DNA of 64,000 nucleotides from an uncultured Desulfurococcaceae archaeon (lineage in GTDB: Archaea > Thermoproteota > Thermoprotei_A > Sulfolobales > NBVN01). Location: NCBI GenBank assembly GCA_964399035.1, contig CAYNPH010000097.1, forward strand, positions 1,211-65,210, written 5' to 3'. This document shows, piece by piece, positions 37,295 to 44,528 of the stretch. The stretch's first letter is position 1. Every line of letters starts with the position of its first letter. A model generated the notes under the pieces. That model had not been told where the DNA came from and did not search any database. It saw only the letters and a program-made list of their open reading frames with translations. The position numbers and the translations under genes were made by a program.

Positions 37295-37471
37295 GTATGT
37301 TTAGTGGCGTCGTTCCCTAGCGAGGCTACCTTAACATCCCGCTTCTTGGGGTAAATTTTTATCATTATTTGTATGTATTTTACATTGGATGGTAATGTAG
37401 TAATGATTTGGGTGAGGAGGCTCTCCACTAGTGGTACTAGTGGCAACGGAGATCAAAAAGGGGAGGCACCC

Positions 37472-37855
37472 ATGCCGAAGCCAGAGACCTTGCAGGAGAT
37501 AGAGGAAGTAATCAACAGGATAATAACCCTGCTCGCGGGCTCCAAGAAAGCTAAGAGTACGTCCATAAAGTATCAGTACGTTACTGGTTCTAGGATGTCT
37601 GAACTCTTTATAGAGAATCCCGACGAATTCAGGGAGATACTCTACATGGATTACGGGCAATTAAGCGATGAAATCATTGCAAGGATCGTGGAGGCTCTAG
37701 CGGAAATCGTGCAGAGCGAGGAGAAACCTCCTTCAATGGACTCAGAGGAGTTTAAGGAGTACGTAGCCAAGCTAGCAATGAAATTAGAGAACCGTCTAGA
37801 GAGCACAACATTTAACATAACCAGTAAGCAGGGTAGCAACAAGGAGCATAAGTGA
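37472..37855 (+). CDS. Hypothetical acidic helical protein (127 aa) in the type IV filament cluster
   Basis: ATG at 37472 is preceded by GGGGAGG and an AT-rich promoter-like stretch (37350-37380). The 160-aa ORF-track version probably starts too early. No TM segment and no known motif. Confidence 0.45.
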   Translation: MPKPETLQEIEEVINRIITLLAGSKKAKSTSIKYQYVTGSRMSELFIENPDEFREILYMDYGQLSDEIIARIVEALAEIVQSEEKPPSMDSEEFKEYVAKLAMKLENRLESTTFNITSKQGSNKEHK

Positions 37856-37949
37856 AGGAAATCTAGAGTACCACTAAACCACGCGGCATTCACGGAACAT
37901 GAGGGATACGGGGGGTTAAAAAGGGCGTGATGTAAAACCCTCTCCTAAG

Positions 37950-37976
37950 TTGCGATTTATTTAATTAACGTCGCAA
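37950..37976. promoter_or_regulatory. Inverted repeat TTGCGA-N15-TCGCAA enclosing a TATA-like TTTATTTAATTAA upstream of the KaiC-like gene
   Basis: 6-bp arms at 37950-37955 and 37971-37976. The AT-rich core lies about 45 nt upstream of the ATG at 38008. GGGGTGAT lies just before the ATG. Confidence 0.4.
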
Positions 37977-38007
37977 GTAAGCCTATAGTTAGGCACGGGG
38001 TGATCGC

Positions 38008-39378
38008 ATGAATGACGTGTGTCCCACAGGGATTAGCGGACTCGATGAGTTTCTTAATGGTGGCATACCGAGAGGTAGCATAGTACTTGTTGCCGGTACG
38101 CCAGGGGCTGGCAAGACCACGATGGCTGCTAGGTTCATCTACGAGGGTTTAAGGCACGGGGAACCAGGTGTTTACTTATCGTTCCTTGAATCTAAGGCGG
38201 ACTTCCTTAAGTTCATGAAGCTCTTGGGCATGGATTTTGAGCCGTACCTGAGGAACGGCATGTTTCAGTATATTGAGGGACTTCAATCCACTACTTTCGA
38301 AACGGCTAGAGAAAACCTCATAGAGTTCCTTGACGCCGTGGCTAGGATAGGTGCCAAGCGCGTCGTCATAGACTCGATAACCGCGATAACGCAGATGACT
38401 ACTTTAAGGGGGGCTAGGGAGTTAATCAAGAACGCCTTAGTTCTTGGGCTGAGGCCCTACGAGGTTACGGGCCTCATCGTGGCCGAATTACCGATAGGAT
38501 ATGAAATCGTAGGGTATGGTCTCGAGGAATTCATTTTCGACGGCGTCATAATACTTAAGTCAGAATTTAGGAACGGCATTCTACGCAGGACGCTTCAAGT
38601 AAGGAAAATGCGCGGAACCGTAGTGCCTGAGGTAGAGCTTCATTACGACATAGTGACTGGGGACGGCATACGTGTTTACGCGCCAGTAAGGATTGAGGAG
38701 GTGGGGAAACCTAAGAAGGTTGAGACGATAACCCCTTTAGAACCCATTGACCGCGTGTTTCGTAACTTACGCAGGGGTTCACAGGTGCTCTTGATAGTTG
38801 ATAAGTACGTACCTTCCCTCGCTGTGGGCATCCTCGCAGGTTTAGCGTTCGCCTACTCCAGCGGAGGCAAGCTACTTATAAGGTCATTCAGTAAGCCACC
38901 AGACATCGTTAAACATGTCATAGATTTAATAAGCAACGCCTTCCCGGGGAAGGCTAGGGCCCCGGCCGAGATAATTATTGAGTGCTTGAACCCGACGCAG
39001 GAGCCCTTGTACAGGTTAGCTCATAGGGCAAGGGATAATGAGTTAAGGGTTAGGCCGGACTACCTAGTCATAGATCCGGTGAGTCATATACTCAAGCTTT
39101 CAGGGAGCATCCATGAGTTCTATAGGGACCACATAAATAACATACTAATGCGCAGGAAACTAGGCATAACCACGTTCTATTCCTACGCGGACGCTGAGGT
39201 TAAGGGTCTTGAACTGCCGGTGGAGCTATATGACGTCGTCGTAAGGATAAAGCGTAAGTGGGGTAGGGTCGGGAGATGCTACAGCGTAGAGGTGTACGGC
39301 ATATTGAAACCCGTTCCTCCAGGCCCCCTGACGTTCTGCGTGGATCCCGAGTGGAGGTTAGTGGTTGCGGAGGAGTGA
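38008..39378 (+). CDS. KaiC/RecA-superfamily ATPase (FlaH/ArlH-like N-terminal domain) with a degenerate second KaiC-like domain
   Basis: N-terminal GISGLDEFLNGGIPRGSIVLVAGTPGAGKTTMAARFIYEGL (KaiC-type Walker A) and Walker B-like RVVIDSI. The C-terminal half repeats the layout (LRRGSQVLLIVDKYVPSLAVGILAGLAFAYS) without a P-loop. Confidence 0.75.
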   Translation: MNDVCPTGISGLDEFLNGGIPRGSIVLVAGTPGAGKTTMAARFIYEGLRHGEPGVYLSFLESKADFLKFMKLLGMDFEPYLRNGMFQYIEGLQSTTFETARENLIEFLDAVARIGAKRVVIDSITAITQMTTLRGARELIKNALVLGLRPYEVTGLIVAELPIGYEIVGYGLEEFIFDGVIILKSEFRNGILRRTLQVRKMRGTVVPEVELHYDIVTGDGIRVYAPVRIEEVGKPKKVETITPLEPIDRVFRNLRRGSQVLLIVDKYVPSLAVGILAGLAFAYSSGGKLLIRSFSKPPDIVKHVIDLISNAFPGKARAPAEIIIECLNPTQEPLYRLAHRARDNELRVRPDYLVIDPVSHILKLSGSIHEFYRDHINNILMRRKLGITTFYSYADAEVKGLELPVELYDVVVRIKRKWGRVGRCYSVEVYGILKPVPPGPLTFCVDPEWRLVVAEE

Positions 39379-39760
39379 TATTGTGAGGTCCAGCAACGTT
39401 GACAGTAAGACTGAAGCGATGGTTGCTAGGTACCTAGCCAGCTTAGTTAATGAGAGGTTAAGGAAGCACGTACCAGGCCTTCAACTGTCGCTGAACATGT
39501 TCATGTACAGCATGTACGGCAGGTACCCGGGCGAGCTTATCTATAGTGACCCTAGAGCATTCATGACTGCCCTCAGGAAGTACTTCCGTGACCCAGACGT
39601 AGCCATTAGGTTGGTTAAGTATATACTCAAGCCACTGGAGGACTGCGGTGAGGAAGGTAGGGAAGCCCTACGTGCTTTACTTGATGGTAGGTGGGATGAC
39701 TTTAAGCGCTTAGCCACGCTTGCCCTAAGGAACAAGGCTAAGAAATGGGCTAGGACGTGA
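39365..39760 (+). CDS. Hypothetical protein (about 126-131 aa), last gene of the type IV filament cluster
   Basis: Overlaps or abuts the KaiC-like gene stop. GTG at 39383 is an alternative start. Helical and basic, with no known motif. Confidence 0.45.
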   Translation: MRRSDIVRSSNVDSKTEAMVARYLASLVNERLRKHVPGLQLSLNMFMYSMYGRYPGELIYSDPRAFMTALRKYFRDPDVAIRLVKYILKPLEDCGEEGREALRALLDGRWDDFKRLATLALRNKAKKWART

Positions 39761-39895
39761 TTATCTACGTGCACCCATTTCTTTCCTCATCACTATCACT
39801 TCTTACGTTAGGTACGGGTAGCAAATGATGCAATACCTAAACAGCATGACTTACGTTATTAAAGCCACATTACCCTTACTTAACGGTGCTACCAA

Positions 39896-40894
39896 ATGAG
39901 TATGGAGCGTTTTAAGGGGTTCTACCTTGACTGGCGTTCACTAGCTGAGAGAACCCTAAGCACTCAGGTCGAGAATCCTGGAGGGAGGGAGAGGTACGGC
40001 GGTATCGCGTTAACGGGGATGGGTGGTTCAGGCATTATAGGGGACATTATACATGTGCTGGCGTTCGAGTTAAGCGACGTACCGACGGTCGTTATTAAGG
40101 ATTTCAGCCTACCTAAGTACGTTAAGGACGACTGGTTAGTCTTAGCAATAAGCTATTCCGGAAACACCAAGGAAACGCTAAGCACCGTTCACGAGGCCTT
40201 GAGCAGGGGCTGTGACGTCGCCGGGGTGTCCTCTGGAGGTAAGCTTGCGGAGATAGCTAGGGAGAAGGGATTAACGTACCTTCAGGTGGAGAGCGGAAGG
40301 GTGCCACGTGCTTCTATGCCTGCGTTACTTATAGGCGCGTTAAAGGTATTGAGGGTAAAGGGCATGGACTTCCCGCTACCCTCCCCGGAAGGGATCGCTA
40401 AGCTAGGTGATGTAGATGAGGCTGAATCCTTAGCGGAGTACCTCGTTGAGGGGCTTACTGGGAGGATCCCTGTGTTCCTGAGTGATGTGAGGCACTACCC
40501 CCTCGCGATCAGGGCTAAGAACGAGTTCAATGAGAACGCGAAGATACCGGCGAAGGTTGAGGTGCTGCCGGAGTGGGGTCATAATGACATCGTTGGGTGG
40601 GAGAAGTGGTTGGGGCCCTTTACAGCCATAGTACTTGAGCTTGGTGAGGGGGACAAACTCTTGAAGTTTGCAGCCAATTACCTGCGGGAGGTTAATGTGC
40701 CTGTTAAGGAGTTAGTAATGTCTGACTCCATGCCCTACGTGGATAGGGTGCTATGGTACTCGCTAGTGCTGGGCTTAGCCTCGCTGAAGCTCGCCGAGGT
40801 TAGAGGGGTGGATCCCGGAGTAACTGAGTCGATATCAAAATATAAGACGTTCCTTAAGTCATGGAGCCCTAATCCGGAGGAAAGTTCAAGGTAA
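39896..40894 (+). CDS. Bifunctional phosphoglucose/phosphomannose isomerase (SIS domain, crenarchaeal PGI/PMI type)
   Basis: GMGGSGIIGD and ISYSGNTKETL SIS motifs. Its size of about 330 aa and overall layout match the Pyrobaculum/Aeropyrum-type PGI/PMI. Confidence 0.7.
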   Translation: MSMERFKGFYLDWRSLAERTLSTQVENPGGRERYGGIALTGMGGSGIIGDIIHVLAFELSDVPTVVIKDFSLPKYVKDDWLVLAISYSGNTKETLSTVHEALSRGCDVAGVSSGGKLAEIAREKGLTYLQVESGRVPRASMPALLIGALKVLRVKGMDFPLPSPEGIAKLGDVDEAESLAEYLVEGLTGRIPVFLSDVRHYPLAIRAKNEFNENAKIPAKVEVLPEWGHNDIVGWEKWLGPFTAIVLELGEGDKLLKFAANYLREVNVPVKELVMSDSMPYVDRVLWYSLVLGLASLKLAEVRGVDPGVTESISKYKTFLKSWSPNPEESSR

Positions 40895-40971
40895 AGCTAA
40901 ACACAGCTTTTAACCTAGGTTACGCTGAGTAATAAAAACCCTTCACACCAATTCATTCACGGTGTTTTAAC

Positions 40972-42243
40972 GTGGTTAAGACGTCGCGACTGCCTGGATT
41001 CCATAAGTTGACGCTTAAGGAAAGGTTAGCTAAGGTAGCTGAGCTTGCTGGCTTGAGCAAGGAGGATGTTAAAACATTAACAAAGGAGGGGCCACTACCC
41101 CTTGACTTAGCTGATAAGATGATCGAGAATGTAATAGGAACCATGCCACTACCTTTAGGCATAGCGACTAACTTCCTGATAAACGGTAAGGACTACCTAG
41201 TGCCCATGGCTATTGAGGAACCTTCGGTTGTTGCTGCCGCGTCTAACGCGGCGAAGATGTGTAGGGCTGGCGGAGGCATTAAGTCCTTAGCTACGGAGTC
41301 ATTAATGATCTCGCAGATACAACTAGTGAATGTACCCTCACCGCATACCGCGAAGTACGTCATACTTGAGCGTAAGAAGGAGATAATCGACCTAGCGAAC
41401 TCAACGAACCCAATACTCCTTAAGGTCGGTGGGGGAGTTAGGGACGTTGAGGTCAGAATCCTTAACTCGCCTGTGGGTCCAATGGTAGTGACTCACTTAA
41501 TTGTTGATGTGCGTGACGCGATGGGGGCAAACACCGTTAACACGATGGCTGAGGCCGTAGCTCCCTTGCTGGAGAAGTGGACTGGGGGGAAGGTGTACTT
41601 GAGGATAATCTCGAACCTAGCTGACAGGAGGTTAGTTAGGGCGTGGACTAGGGTGCCGAAGGACGTGCTTGGAGGTGAGGACGTAGTTGACGGCATCGTG
41701 TACGCTTGGGCTTTCGCGGCTGCCGACCCGTATAGGGCGGCGACGCACAATAAGGGGATAATGAACGGTGTGATAGCGGTAGCGTTAGCGACAGGGCAGG
41801 ATACTAGGGCGCTTGAGGCTGGAGCCCATGCCTACGCGGCGAGGAACGGTAAGTACGAGCCTCTAAGCGTGTGGGAGAAGGACAGGAACGGCGACTTAAT
41901 CGGTTACCTGGAAATGCCGATGGCTGTCGGTACAATAGGTGGCGCGGTCAGGGTTCACCCCGTAGCTAAGGTGGCGTTGAAGATACTCGGCATTAAGACG
42001 GCTAAGGAGTTGGCTGAGGTGATGGGTGCTGTCGGGCTAGCCCAGAACCTTGCTGCCCTCCGTGCATTAGCGACGGAGGGGATTCAGAAGGGCCACATGA
42101 AGCTACATGCCAGGCAACTGGCTATAACGGCTGGTGCGAAGGGTGACGAGGTTGACGAGGTTGTTAAGGAAATGCTTAAGCGCGGCGAAATACGGCTCGA
42201 TGTTGCTAAGGAGATACTGGAGGCTATTAGATCCAAGAGGTAA
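40972..42243 (+). CDS. hmgA: 3-hydroxy-3-methylglutaryl-CoA reductase, class II-like
   Basis: ENVIGTMPLPLGIATNFLINGKDYLVPMAIEEPSVVAAASNAAKM and VDVRDAMGANTVNTMAEAVAP closely parallel the class II (Pseudomonas mevalonii-type) enzyme motifs. Confidence 0.85.
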   Translation: MVKTSRLPGFHKLTLKERLAKVAELAGLSKEDVKTLTKEGPLPLDLADKMIENVIGTMPLPLGIATNFLINGKDYLVPMAIEEPSVVAAASNAAKMCRAGGGIKSLATESLMISQIQLVNVPSPHTAKYVILERKKEIIDLANSTNPILLKVGGGVRDVEVRILNSPVGPMVVTHLIVDVRDAMGANTVNTMAEAVAPLLEKWTGGKVYLRIISNLADRRLVRAWTRVPKDVLGGEDVVDGIVYAWAFAAADPYRAATHNKGIMNGVIAVALATGQDTRALEAGAHAYAARNGKYEPLSVWEKDRNGDLIGYLEMPMAVGTIGGAVRVHPVAKVALKILGIKTAKELAEVMGAVGLAQNLAALRALATEGIQKGHMKLHARQLAITAGAKGDEVDEVVKEMLKRGEIRLDVAKEILEAIRSKR

Positions 42244-42273
42244 GGAGGGTGCGCGTCACTAACCCGAGGGGCT

Positions 42274-43074
42274 TCACCGCCTTAAACCTTTAACGATCCC
42301 CACGAGTTTTTCCACGCGATTCACTGAAATCCTGCCACCTTCCTTGAAGTAGGTCCCCACTATAGCCCCGTCAGCCACGCTTAGAAGTTCTGCAGCATTT
42401 TCGGGGGTGACGCCGCTACCAACTATGACAGGTGCCTTAACCGCGTCCTTAACGGCCATGACCTCCTTAACGTCCGGCGGCGCTCCCGTCCTTGCACCAC
42501 TTACTATTACGGCATCAGCGCCCCCTCTCTCAACGGTTTCCCTAGCCACTAATTCAGGGGGTCTCCAAGCTAGCGGTGCCGCGTGCTTCACGTGCACGTC
42601 CGCGAACACAGCGACACGAGCCCCAAGGTACCGCCTGTACCGCATTAACTCGTACGCGATCGGCTCAAGAATCCCCTGATCCGAGACTACGGTCTCGGAG
42701 AGAGCATTAACCCTTATGAAGGACGCACCGCAAACATGCGCTACAGCCAACGCTTGTAAACCGCAGTTCCTTAGTATGTTTACCCCCACAGGTACCGAGA
42801 CCCTCTTCACTACCTCCTTAGTTATAAGGGCCATGGACGCCACCGTCGCAGGATCTGCCACGTTCTTAGGGTACGGGGCGTCGTAGAAGTTCTCAACCAT
42901 GATACCATCAACGCCTCCCTCCTCAAGTGCCCGTGCATCCTTAATGGCGGTCTCAATGATGTTGTCAATACTGACTCCCGAACCTGAGGGGGTCGAGGGT
43001 AGGGGCCCAACGTGAACCATGCCGATTATGAATGGCTTAACGCTGAATTCAAACACCCGCAACGCGTTCCCCAC
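42274..43074 (-). CDS. BtpA/SgcQ family TIM-barrel protein
   Basis: IIGMVHVGPLPSTPSG near the N-terminus and GADAVIVSGARTGAPP resemble the BtpA family. Confidence 0.55.
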   Translation of the reverse strand: MGNALRVFEFSVKPFIIGMVHVGPLPSTPSGSGVSIDNIIETAIKDARALEEGGVDGIMVENFYDAPYPKNVADPATVASMALITKEVVKRVSVPVGVNILRNCGLQALAVAHVCGASFIRVNALSETVVSDQGILEPIAYELMRYRRYLGARVAVFADVHVKHAAPLAWRPPELVARETVERGGADAVIVSGARTGAPPDVKEVMAVKDAVKAPVIVGSGVTPENAAELLSVADGAIVGTYFKEGGRISVNRVEKLVGIVKGLRR

Positions 43075-43200
43075 ATCAAGTGACGTTATTGTAAGTATAA
43101 TACCTTGACCCGCCCTACAGCGTTCATGCTAGTTCATTTAGCTAACCCCTCAAAAACGTACATTAACCCTTTATTGGTTAGATGCTAAAGTAAATACAAG

Positions 43201-44430
43201 GTGACATTAATGAAGGCTAAAATATTAGTGAAGGTCCCTACGCCCGCGGTGCTTACTGTCCTGCTGGCGCTCCTTACAGTTTCCCCGTTGCTAGGAGCGC
43301 AAACACTAGCAACTGGAACTTACGTCTATGCCTTAGGAACTGACGGTAGCGCCGACGTAAATATTATAGTAAGTAACGTGACCGGTCAAGCAATAATTTA
43401 CGTGAAGGTGGATCCGGGCATACTACCGGAATCCTTAGTAGCGGTGGATGAGAAAGGCAATATCGTACCTACGAGCATCATAGGCTCAACAGTGGTGCAG
43501 GCAATACCGGCTAATCAGTCGACACAACTGTTCATAAGGTACGAAGCAATCGTAGGCGAGTCCTCCGGTGGCATGGTGAAGGACATCATATCTCCTGGAG
43601 GTCCGGCAACCATCAGACTACCAGCTGGGGCTGCTCTCCTATACTTCAATGGAACTCCTTCATCCATCAAAATGATCGGCAATCAAATCGTAATTGAGTA
43701 CTCAAGCGCAGGCACCTATGAGATAGAGTTCACTTTACCACCACCGACAACGTCAACGACCTCCGCAACAACCACAGCAACACCAGCAACGACTACTACT
43801 ACCACAACTTCGTCCACTGTAAGCACCACTACGCAAACAACATCGACAAGACCAACAAGCACGACTACCTCCACAGCAGTAACAACCACGAGCACATCAC
43901 GACCAGCAACGAGCACCACCATACAAACAACAGTACCCAGCACAACCTCAAGCATCATAACACAGTCAACTTCAACTACAGGTGCGGCGACCAAAACCTC
44001 AACCACGTCTAGCACAACGCGAAGCACACAGGCAAGTTCAAGCACCACCGCAACTAAACCCATGTCAGGTCAGAGCAACATGACGTGGGTGTACGCGTTA
44101 GTAGCGGCAGTAATCGTCATAGTCATCATTGCGGCCGCTGCTTTGAGATCCCGTAGGACGCCCCGTGGCGGGAGCCCGGCTACGGGCGTGGGTGAGTTAA
44201 TCCGTGCTGAGGAACTTGACGAACGCGACTACGAGATCCTGAAGGCGCTGAAGGAGGGCACGGAGACTATATCCTCGCTTGCGAGGAAATTAGGGCTGAG
44301 CAAGTCCGTCGTGTGGAGGAGGGTTCAGAAACTACTGAGGTTAGGGCTGATAAGTAAGGAGGATAAGGGAGGGAGAACCTACCTCAGCATAACTGAGGAA
44401 GGATTAAGGAAATTAGGTGAGCAAGCATGA
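43201..44430 (+). CDS. Membrane-anchored winged-helix transcriptional regulator with an extracellular domain and Thr/Ser-rich stalk
   Basis: Signal peptide, a beta-rich ectodomain of about 150 aa with 3 N-x-S/T sites, and a Thr/Ser stalk of about 107 aa. A TM helix follows (WVYALVAAVIVIVIIAAAAL), then a cytoplasmic wHTH (DYEILKALKEGTETISSLARKLGLSKSVVWRRVQKLLRLGLISKEDKGGRTYLSITEEG). Confidence 0.65.
   Translation: MTLMKAKILVKVPTPAVLTVLLALLTVSPLLGAQTLATGTYVYALGTDGSADVNIIVSNVTGQAIIYVKVDPGILPESLVAVDEKGNIVPTSIIGSTVVQAIPANQSTQLFIRYEAIVGESSGGMVKDIISPGGPATIRLPAGAALLYFNGTPSSIKMIGNQIVIEYSSAGTYEIEFTLPPPTTSTTSATTTATPATTTTTTTSSTVSTTTQTTSTRPTSTTTSTAVTTTSTSRPATSTTIQTTVPSTTSSIITQSTSTTGAATKTSTTSSTTRSTQASSSTTATKPMSGQSNMTWVYALVAAVIVIVIIAAAALRSRRTPRGGSPATGVGELIRAEELDERDYEILKALKEGTETISSLARKLGLSKSVVWRRVQKLLRLGLISKEDKGGRTYLSITEEGLRKLGEQA
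43738..44060 (+). repeat. Low-complexity Thr/Ser/Pro-coding tract (ACN/TCN codon runs) inside the CDS
   Basis: Encodes PPPTTSTTSATTTATPATTTTTTTSSTVSTTTQTTSTRPTSTTTSTAVTTTSTS... Likely an O-glycosylated stalk. Confidence 0.8.
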
Positions 44431-44434
44431 GGAG

Positions 44435-44496
44435 ACGTTCTGTTCCGAACCCCGTGGAACGCGGAACGTTCCTTAGGGGGTTTTTAATATCGAACC
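44435..44496. promoter_or_regulatory. Cluster of GAAC/GTTC half-sites, including the perfect palindrome GGAACGTTCC, plus a TATA-like TTTTTAATAT
   Basis: ACGTTC (44435-40), GTTCCGAAC (44442-50), GGAAC (44456-60), GGAACGTTCC (44463-72), TTTTTAATAT (44481-90), CGAACC (44491-96). GGAGGTG lies 9 nt before the ATG at 44529. Confidence 0.45.
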
Positions 44497-44528
44497 ACTC
44501 CGCAAGGTTTCACGGAGGTGTGCAGGAC

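Noticed and set aside
36412-37660. Several short ORFs overlapping the platform genes and the 37.3-37.5 kb gap (36412-36627 plus strand, 36565-36861 minus, 37183-37446 minus, 37331-37660 minus).
   Set aside because: They overlap better-supported genes or an AT-rich promoter region. The plus-strand ORF starting at ATG 37472 with a GGGGAGG RBS explains the region.
43716-44063. 115-aa Val-rich ORF on the minus strand.
   Set aside because: It is the mirror image of the Thr/Ser-coding ACN/TCN tract of ORF 43201-44430. It is a low-complexity artefact, not a gene.
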